Source: a virus. Taken from it: a stretch of 64,000 nt of DNA. Positions within the stretch are counted from its first letter, which is position 1; each line of letters opens with the position of its first letter. Positions 1 to 6,448 of the stretch are shown in pieces. The DNA lies in the IMG/VR virus record IMGVR_UViG_3300025818_000017; one strand, 5' to 3'. A program made the translations under genes and the position numbers. The notes beneath the pieces are model-generated. The model searched no databases. It was given only the letters and a program-made list of their open reading frames with translations, and was not told the DNA's origin.

Positions 1-885
1 GGGGAAGAGTTTGAAATCACTACATTGCGTATTGATGTCGCCACGGATGGCAGACACGCCGATGTAGAATGGACAACTGATTTCCGCCAAGATGCTGATC
101 GCCGTGACCTGACATTCAACGCTATGTTCATGGACTTGGATGGAACACTACACGATTTCCACGGTGGAGAAAAAGACCTCTACAGTGGAACAGCCCGTTT
201 CGTTGGTAATGCTCAAAATCGTATTGAAGAAGATTTCTTGCGTATTCTGCGTTTCTTCCGTTTCCAAGGGCGTATGAAGTTTCCTAAATGGGACCAAGAA
301 ACGCTACACACAATCAAGCGCACTGCTGATGGTCTAAAACAGATTAGCGGTGAACGTGTTGCTATGGAAATGGAAAAGATTCTAAAAGGCAAGCACACCA
401 TTGACCTGTTGGAAAAGATGGATGAAACTGGTATCTTGGATATCATTGGTTTCAAGCCTAACTTGAAAAAGTTAGAACAAGTTAAGAAAGTTACGGATGA
501 TTTCGCAACTTTGCTTGCTGCTTCTGTTGGTTCAACCAAGAAGATTGAAGATATCAAAGCCCGTTGGAAACTGTCTAACACTATTACTGATAGTGCTACC
601 TTTGTGCTGGATAATGCTGATGTTGGTAAAGATGAAACGACATTGAAAGTATTGGCAGCAAAACCAAAGACAAAGATCAACGATGCTGCCCGTATCGCTT
701 TGTTCAACGAAGACAAACCGTTGGCTAAAATGATTGTGAAATGGGAGCCACCCGTGTTTCCTATCACGGGTAAAGACCTGATTGCCCGTGGTGTAAAGCC
801 TGGGAAAGAAATGGGTATGATGCTTGCTGACTTGCGAAAAAAATGGGAAGATTCTGGTTTCCCTAATGATTTTTCTATTGACTAA
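1..885 (+). CDS. cca: CCA-adding tRNA nucleotidyltransferase (class II), 5'-truncated by window edge
   Basis: Frame is open from base 1 (GEEFEITTLRIDV); motifs DADRRDLTFNAM, RIEEDFLRILRFFRF, ISGERV and C-terminal FPITGKDL...GKEMG. Confidence 0.9.
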   Translation, partial: GEEFEITTLRIDVATDGRHADVEWTTDFRQDADRRDLTFNAMFMDLDGTLHDFHGGEKDLYSGTARFVGNAQNRIEEDFLRILRFFRFQGRMKFPKWDQETLHTIKRTADGLKQISGERVAMEMEKILKGKHTIDLLEKMDETGILDIIGFKPNLKKLEQVKKVTDDFATLLAASVGSTKKIEDIKARWKLSNTITDSATFVLDNADVGKDETTLKVLAAKPKTKINDAARIALFNEDKPLAKMIVKWEPPVFPITGKDLIARGVKPGKEMGMMLADLRKKWEDSGFPNDFSID

Positions 886-907
886 CTCACATAATAGGTG
901 ATATAAT
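878..907 (+). promoter_or_regulatory. sigma70-like promoter
   Basis: TTGACT 878-883, 18-nt spacer, extended -10 TGaTATAAT ending 907. Confidence 0.65.
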
Positions 908-970
908 ACATCTATACTCGAACAGCACGGAAAACATCTAAAAAAACTTTAAAAAAGACGCATTTAAGTG

Positions 971-999
971 TTGACAATCAAGTAAAAGATAAGTATAAT
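971..999 (+). promoter_or_regulatory. consensus sigma70 promoter for the DUF2828 leader
   Basis: TTGACA 971-976, 17 nt, TATAAT 994-999. Confidence 0.9.
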
Positions 1000-1032
1000 A
1001 TACATACATAATGAATGAACACAACGAGTTTT

Positions 1033-1181
1033 AGGATACTCACAGCAACTATTATGAATCTTTTATTGGAAAAAGCAGAATAGTATCCTGTCTTATTGGG
1101 GAAGCATGCAGCAAATAACTTTACATCCGTAGAAAGGGCCACAAGCCCGCCATTATACTCCTTCAAGGGAAACCGCTTCCC
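1033..1181 (+). ncRNA. two tandem structured RNA elements (7-bp closing stem + NNNCAGCAA bulge) in the DUF2828 leader
   Basis: AGGATAC 1033-1039 pairs GTATCCT 1083-1089; GGGAAGC 1099-1105 pairs GCTTCCC 1175-1181; each 5' strand is followed by 3 nt then CAGCAA. Confidence 0.6.
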
Positions 1182-1219
1182 GCACTAATGGGGAACCTTG
1201 AAGGGAGTATTTTGGTTTT
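1155..1219 (+). terminator. terminator/attenuator-like hairpin upstream of DUF2828 gene
   Basis: ATACTCCTTCAAGG 1155-1168 pairs CCTTGAAGGGAGTAT 1196-1210 (14 bp, one bulged G), followed by TTTGGTTTT. Confidence 0.6.
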
Positions 1220-1236
1220 AACAAGAGGGAAGAGAT

Positions 1237-2682
1237 ATGAGTAACACATTCGCAGAAGCAGTTGAAACAACAGAACAAGTAGTTCTTGGTGAGAACGGTA
1301 TGCCTACGCTTTCCAGTTCTTTGAATAAGAACGTCGATCTGTTTTTCGCTATTGGTGCTTCTCGTGGTAAAGATATCACCGACCTCTATGAAGGTGCTTA
1401 TCAGGAAAACCGTGAAACCGCTGTCCGTTGCCTTATGTGGGCACGAGACATTCGTGGTGGTGCCGGTGAGCGTCAGACCTTCCGTAATCTATTGAAGTAC
1501 TTGGAGAAGGTTCATCCAAACACTTTGCTACAGGTTCTACCAAAGATTCCAGAATATGGTCGTTGGGATGACTTGCTAGTGTTTGAACGTGACTTCATCC
1601 GTGAACAAGCATTTGACCTAATCAAGAACGCTCTTGATGATGGTAACGGGCTTGCTGCAAAGTGGATGCCTCGTAAGGGCAAACTCGCTCACGCTATGCG
1701 TAACCATTTTGGTATGACACCAAAGCAGTATCGTAAGACTTTGGTAAATCTATCAAAGACTGTGGAACAACAGATGTGTGCCAAGGATTGGGAAAACATC
1801 AACTACAGTCATGTTCCAAGCGTGGCAGCATCCCGTTACCAGAATGCGTTCAATCGTCACGATCCAGATGGCTATAGTGCCTATCGTGAAGGTCTAATCC
1901 GCAACGATGGTTCTGTGAAAATCAATGCGTCTGCCATCTACCCATATGATGTAATCAAGGGTATGAACAAGGGTGACTTGGATGTGTCTATCGCACAGTG
2001 GGATGCATTGCCAGACTATCTTGGTGACAATGCTATTCTGCCAATGGTAGATGTTAGTAGTTCAATGACTTGTTCTGCTGGTGGTTCATCCACAACTTGT
2101 ATGGATGTTGCTATTTCACTTGGTCTGTATATCGCAGATAAGCAGAAGGGTCCATTCCGCAACCAGATTATGACTTTCAGTGCCAATCCAGTATTACAGT
2201 CACTAACTGGTACAATCTACGAGAAGTACACACAGCTTCGTCGTGCCGATTGGGGAATGAATACTAACCTATTGGCGGCATTTGACCGTATCCTTGAGGT
2301 TGCTACTAGCAACAACATTGACCAAAGTCAGATGCCAAAGTATCTGCTAATCCTAAGTGATATGCAGTTTGATGAAGCAACTGGTAGTTCTTACAGTTGG
2401 GGTGCCCGTGGTGGCTCTGTTCCAACTATGGATGCCGGTGCATTTGCACAGGCTCGTAGCAAGTTTGAGAAGGCTGGCTACGAACTACCAACTATTGTCT
2501 TCTGGAATCTGAATGCCCGTGGCAATCAGGCACCAGTAAGTTACAATGAGAATGGGGTGTGTCTGGTAAGTGGTTTCTCACCTTCAATCGTTGAAAGCGT
2601 ATTGAAGGCGCAGAAGATCACACCAGAGGGTATCATGATTGATGCCTTGTACGGTCCAAGATATGATGGGATCGTATACTAA
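1237..2682 (+). CDS. DUF2828-family protein (Ro60/TROVE-like helical domain plus C-terminal VWA)
   Basis: TENG-like start (GENGMPTL), RDIRGGAGER, YGRWDDL, AKWMPR; MIDAS-like DVSSSM and LILSDMQFD; C-terminal IVFWNL and VSGFSP. Confidence 0.85.
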   Translation: MSNTFAEAVETTEQVVLGENGMPTLSSSLNKNVDLFFAIGASRGKDITDLYEGAYQENRETAVRCLMWARDIRGGAGERQTFRNLLKYLEKVHPNTLLQVLPKIPEYGRWDDLLVFERDFIREQAFDLIKNALDDGNGLAAKWMPRKGKLAHAMRNHFGMTPKQYRKTLVNLSKTVEQQMCAKDWENINYSHVPSVAASRYQNAFNRHDPDGYSAYREGLIRNDGSVKINASAIYPYDVIKGMNKGDLDVSIAQWDALPDYLGDNAILPMVDVSSSMTCSAGGSSTTCMDVAISLGLYIADKQKGPFRNQIMTFSANPVLQSLTGTIYEKYTQLRRADWGMNTNLLAAFDRILEVATSNNIDQSQMPKYLLILSDMQFDEATGSSYSWGARGGSVPTMDAGAFAQARSKFEKAGYELPTIVFWNLNARGNQAPVSYNENGVCLVSGFSPSIVESVLKAQKITPEGIMIDALYGPRYDGIVY

Positions 2683-2757
2683 CTCCACCCACGGGAAAGG
2701 CAGTCTAACGATTGTCGAGATACGAGCGATGGCGGGGGCTACGTAATCTAACTATGC

Positions 2758-2763
2758 TAAATA
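2758..2763 (+). promoter_or_regulatory. late-type promoter TAAATA
   Basis: cTAAATA matches the motif recurring before many late genes in this window. Confidence 0.55.
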
Positions 2764-2768
2764 AAGTC

Positions 2769-2807
2769 GTGATGAACAAAAGTATCAATACACAAAAGTT
2801 TGACTGA
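2769..2807 (+). CDS. candidate leaderless leader peptide (M)MNKSINTQKFD
   Basis: GTG 2769/ATG 2772 to TGA 2805-2807; GTG lies 5 nt after TAAATA; stop codon overlaps the first base of the terminator stem. Confidence 0.35.
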   Translation: MMNKSINTQKFD

Positions 2808-2843
2808 GGAATGTCGGTGAAGTACTGGCATTCCTTTTCTTTT
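2807..2843 (+). terminator. intrinsic terminator
   Basis: AGGAATGTCGGT-gaagt-ACTGGCATTCCT 12-bp stem (2 G-U) followed by TTTCTTTT. Confidence 0.8.
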
Positions 2844-2863
2844 AACCAGCAGGAGAAACTAAA

Positions 2864-3031
2864 ATGGACAGTATCGAATACATTGAAATGACGGGTTGCG
2901 AGAGGTTGTTGGAGAGAGTGAATACAAAAAGTGCAAATACACCTTGGGGTGATAACATTGAAAGTCAAAACTTAGAGATTGTAAAAGAGTTTCTAACACA
3001 TAGATATCAGGAATTGAAAGGGAAACAGTAA
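2864..3031 (+). CDS. hypothetical 55-aa protein (not in ORF track)
   Basis: AGGAG SD at 2851-2855; MDSIEYIEMTGCERLLERV...ELKGKQ; stop abuts infA start. Confidence 0.65.
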   Translation: MDSIEYIEMTGCERLLERVNTKSANTPWGDNIESQNLEIVKEFLTHRYQELKGKQ

Positions 3032-3250
3032 GTGGCTAAAGAAGGTTTGCTAGAATTTGATGGTGACGTTATCGATGTTCTACCACAAAGTATGTTTCAA
3101 GTTCGTCTTGATAACGACCACGAAGTTCTAGCTTACCTTAGTGGTAAGATACGAACCAACAAAATTAAGATTGTTGAAGGTGATCGTGTCAAGCTCGAAA
3201 TGAGTACATATGACCTTGGAAAAGGCAGAATAACGTACAGGTACAAGTAA
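3032..3250 (+). CDS. infA: translation initiation factor IF-1
   Basis: MAKEGLLEFDGDVIDVLP...FQVRLDNDHEVLAYLSGKIR...I..GDRVKLEMSTYDL.KGRITYRYK. Confidence 0.97.
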   Translation: MAKEGLLEFDGDVIDVLPQSMFQVRLDNDHEVLAYLSGKIRTNKIKIVEGDRVKLEMSTYDLGKGRITYRYK

Positions 3251-3771
3251 TGGGTAAGAGAAGCGATTTCGTTAGAATCGCCAGGGACTATTATCCGACG
3301 CCAGTAAATGCAGTTTTGCCTTTGCTACCTCACCTTACGGAAGGTACTAAGTTTGCTGAACCTTGTGCTGGTGACAGTCGCTTGGTGAAACACTTAGAAA
3401 GTTTCGGTCATAAATGTGTGATGGCGATAGACATAGAACCACAGGACGAAAGTGTTGACCAGTTAGACATTTTCGATTTACAGTGGACTAGTGGTGCCGA
3501 TATGTTTATCACTAATCCCCCTTGGGACAGAAAAATCTTACATCCTCTTATTATACATTTGAGTGATATTGCCCCAACATGGTTGTTATTTGATGCTGAT
3601 TGGGTTCATACCAAACAGAGCGCAGAATATATGCCGAGGTTGAAAAAGATTGTGAGTATTGGTAGGGTCAAGTGGATCGAAGATTCTAAAATGACCGGAA
3701 AAGACAACTGTGCTTGGCATCTGTTTGATGTAAATAATAAAGAAGAAACAAAGTTTTACGGGAGAGTATAA
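3250..3771 (+). CDS. small DNA N6-adenine methyltransferase
   Basis: DYYPTP, FAEPCAGD (motif I), ITNPPW (motif IV). Confidence 0.8.
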   Translation: MGKRSDFVRIARDYYPTPVNAVLPLLPHLTEGTKFAEPCAGDSRLVKHLESFGHKCVMAIDIEPQDESVDQLDIFDLQWTSGADMFITNPPWDRKILHPLIIHLSDIAPTWLLFDADWVHTKQSAEYMPRLKKIVSIGRVKWIEDSKMTGKDNCAWHLFDVNNKEETKFYGRV

Positions 3772-4094
3772 TGATAACATTGACTGAATCTGCGACGAAG
3801 CATTTTTCCCAACTAATGGAAGATTATGGGCACGAAGCATTTGTATTCGGAGTATCTGGTGGCGGGTGTGCTGGTTTCAACTATCTTCTAAAAGAAATAT
3901 CTTTGGATGAAGTCCAAGAAGATGATGAAGTATTGGACTTTGACGGTGTAAAAATCGTGGTTGATGGTGCCAGTATGTTTGCTATTGCTGGCACTCAAAT
4001 CGATTGGAAAACTGACCTAATGGGTTCACGTTTTGACTTTTCTAATCCTTTGGCGCAATCTGGTTGTGGTTGCGGTACAAGTTTCTCAATCTGA
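3771..4094 (+). CDS. iscA: A-type Fe-S cluster carrier (IscA/HesB family)
   Basis: ITLTESA, GVSGGGCAGFNY, FDFSNPLAQSGCGCGTSF. Confidence 0.95.
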   Translation: MITLTESATKHFSQLMEDYGHEAFVFGVSGGGCAGFNYLLKEISLDEVQEDDEVLDFDGVKIVVDGASMFAIAGTQIDWKTDLMGSRFDFSNPLAQSGCGCGTSFSI

Positions 4095-5159
4095 CTTAGG
4101 TTCAGTTTTCGGATTTGAGAGTTCGTCTGCCTGCTCTTTAGCTTCTTCCTTCCCTAATAAACCAAGTGTAATGGTCAACTCAATAGTTGTCCCTTCTCTT
4201 AACAGAGTAATATCCATATCTTCGTATGGTGATTTATATTGAAGGATATCGAAGAGATCATTTACGTGATGGATTTCTTTACCGTCTGCTGCTAGGATTA
4301 CGTCTTTTGGCTCTATCCCAGCTTCTTCCGCTGCACTACCTTCTTCAACTTTCTCAATGGACACCTGTTGTGTTTCGGGATCATAGTGAAGATGGGTTCC
4401 CATTCTAGGGCGATCAATTCTGCCATTCTCAATAAGCTTGGCTACGACATACTGAGCATTTTCACTATCAACACTCATGCTCAATCCGATACTTCCGCCA
4501 GACTTGGATAGAATAAATGTATTGATAGCGACAATCTTACCATCCATTGTCATCAAGGGACCACCGCTGTTCCCTTGGTTGATAGATACATCGCTTTGTA
4601 CCACTGTCTGCCAACCATTGGAAATGCGTCTTTTCTTGTGACTTACAACACCCTTACTGACTGTCCAAGCTAATCCTTGCGGATGCCCGATAGCCCAAAC
4701 TTCTTGTCCGGGGCGTAACTTATTACTATCTCCCCACGACATTGGTTCTACGCTCTCCAATACCTTCTCATCGATTTTTAGAACAGCAATATCACTGAGT
4801 GGGTCAGTACCTACTAAAGTAGCAATGTGAGGGGTTGAATCTTCTTCGAAGTAAATCTTTATTTTCTTTGCTCCGTCGATTACGTGGTTATTCGTTATGA
4901 TATACTTGTGTTTTGAGGGAACTTTACCGTTTATAATAAACCCAGTACCTAAACCTGTCTTCTCAGGCTTGTTTTTCTTTAGGTAGTTATCAAGTAGCGA
5001 TCCTGGTGTCATTCCAGACAATGTAGGTTGTTCTTGACTAACCTCGACAACAACAATCGATTTTCTTACAACATCAACTGTGTCTAGAAACTCTTCATTC
5101 GAATGAGCGAATGATGCGATGGGAATAAGCAGAAGTGCCAGTACAATAAATATACGCAT
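4086..5159 (-). CDS. degP: HtrA/DegP-like serine protease with signal peptide and one PDZ domain
   Basis: Likely start MRIFIVLALLLIPIASFA at 5159; GTGFII, TNNHV, DIAVLK, INQGNSGGPL catalytic motifs; PDZ SAAEEAGIEPKDVI. Confidence 0.92.
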   Translation of the reverse strand: MRIFIVLALLLIPIASFAHSNEEFLDTVDVVRKSIVVVEVSQEQPTLSGMTPGSLLDNYLKKNKPEKTGLGTGFIINGKVPSKHKYIITNNHVIDGAKKIKIYFEEDSTPHIATLVGTDPLSDIAVLKIDEKVLESVEPMSWGDSNKLRPGQEVWAIGHPQGLAWTVSKGVVSHKKRRISNGWQTVVQSDVSINQGNSGGPLMTMDGKIVAINTFILSKSGGSIGLSMSVDSENAQYVVAKLIENGRIDRPRMGTHLHYDPETQQVSIEKVEEGSAAEEAGIEPKDVILAADGKEIHHVNDLFDILQYKSPYEDMDITLLREGTTIELTITLGLLGKEEAKEQADELSNPKTEPKSD

Positions 5160-5163
5160 ATAA

Positions 5164-5200
5164 TATTTAGCAATAAAAAATATTTCCACGAAGATAAATA
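5164..5200. promoter_or_regulatory. divergent late-type promoters
   Basis: TAAATA on minus at 5164-5169 (4 nt before htrA ATG) and on plus at 5195-5200. Confidence 0.6.
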
Positions 5201-5221
5201 CATAAAACAGGAGTTGCTTGA

Positions 5222-6424
5222 ATGGCTAAACAAACGATCAATATCGGGGCAAGTGCAAACGATGGTACTGGGGATAATCTCAGGGACGCATTTGACAAAA
5301 TTAATGATAATTTCACGGAAGTTTACACGGAACTTGGCGGAACAAGTCTCAGCAACCTATCTTTCTCCGGTAATACCATTTCATCTGACAACTCCAACGG
5401 CGACATTAACTTTGATCCAAATGGTACAGGAAACACGGTTATTTCAAGCGGTAACTTCTTACCAGCAAGCGATTCAGCCATTCAGAATCTAGGTAGCCCA
5501 ACTGATAAATGGACTAACATCTATGCCGCACAGATGCACGTAGATTCTATGGTGCTAACTGCTATCAATAATACCACCATTGGTGCCACTACTCCATCAA
5601 CAGGTGCGTTCACCTCAGTAACTGTTGACAACATCACTATCGACGGTGACGATATTTCGTCATCTGGTACTCTTACATTAGAAGGTACAATCAATGTTGC
5701 CGCTGGCGTTGTTACAGGTGCCACATCAATCACATCAACAGCATTTGTCGGTAACCTAACAGGTAATGTAACTGGAAATGCGGATACAGCAACTACCGCT
5801 GGAACTGTAACTACAGCCGCACAACCAACTATTACGTCAGTTGGCACATTGACAAGCCTAGCAGTATCTGGTGCCGTTACATCTGGCGCTATCACTGCAT
5901 CATCTGATATCAACGGTACAGAATTAGGTCTAAACGGTAACAAGCTTGTTTCACTAAACACCAACTCAGATGTTGAGATTGATCCATCAGGAACGGGTGT
6001 TGTGCGTACACTGGCAAACCTTGACCTAAACTCAAATGATATCACAAACGGCGGAACGATCACCGCAACTACCTTTATTGGTGCCTTAACAGGTAATGCA
6101 TCTACTGCTACTACTGCCGGAACAGTAACCACTGCTGCACAGCCAACGATTACATCTGTCGGTACTCTAACATCACTTACAGTAGCGGGTAACATTCTCC
6201 CATTAGCAGACTCTGCTGTACAGAGCATTGGTGCTGCTGCTGACCAATGGACAAACATCTACGCTTTCCAAGGTCACTTTGAGCGTGTAAATATTACAGG
6301 TGGTTCGCAATCGACAGTTGGTTCAGCGGGTGGAGCATCAGCATTACCAGCAAACCCTTCTGGGTATGTAAAAATAGAGGTTTCTGGTACAGAATACGTC
6401 ATTCCTTACTACGCCGTATCTTGA
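5222..6424 (+). CDS. virion tail/baseplate fibre-like protein with internal repeats
   Basis: N-terminus MAKQTINIGASANDGTGDNLRDAFDKINDNF typical of T4 gp9/10-like fibre anchors; T/G/A-rich repeats; TAAATA upstream. Confidence 0.75.
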   Translation: MAKQTINIGASANDGTGDNLRDAFDKINDNFTEVYTELGGTSLSNLSFSGNTISSDNSNGDINFDPNGTGNTVISSGNFLPASDSAIQNLGSPTDKWTNIYAAQMHVDSMVLTAINNTTIGATTPSTGAFTSVTVDNITIDGDDISSSGTLTLEGTINVAAGVVTGATSITSTAFVGNLTGNVTGNADTATTAGTVTTAAQPTITSVGTLTSLAVSGAVTSGAITASSDINGTELGLNGNKLVSLNTNSDVEIDPSGTGVVRTLANLDLNSNDITNGGTITATTFIGALTGNASTATTAGTVTTAAQPTITSVGTLTSLTVAGNILPLADSAVQSIGAAADQWTNIYAFQGHFERVNITGGSQSTVGSAGGASALPANPSGYVKIEVSGTEYVIPYYAVS

Positions 6425-6448
6425 TAAATACCATAAAGAGGTATTATT

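Noticed and set aside
978-1166. 62-aa minus-strand ORF in the track
   Set aside because: Antisense to a promoter-driven structured leader; no SD or motifs
900-1236. tRNA gene or CRISPR array in the first intergenic region
   Set aside because: No cloverleaf with GTTCRA T-loop and CCA; only two elements, and their stems differ in sequence, unlike CRISPR repeats
2680-2745. GATGGCGGGGGCTAC resembles the 3' side of c-di-GMP-I (GEMM) P2
   Set aside because: No GEMM P1 (GGCAAA...GAAA...GGGACGCAAA) upstream; that region is DUF2828 coding sequence
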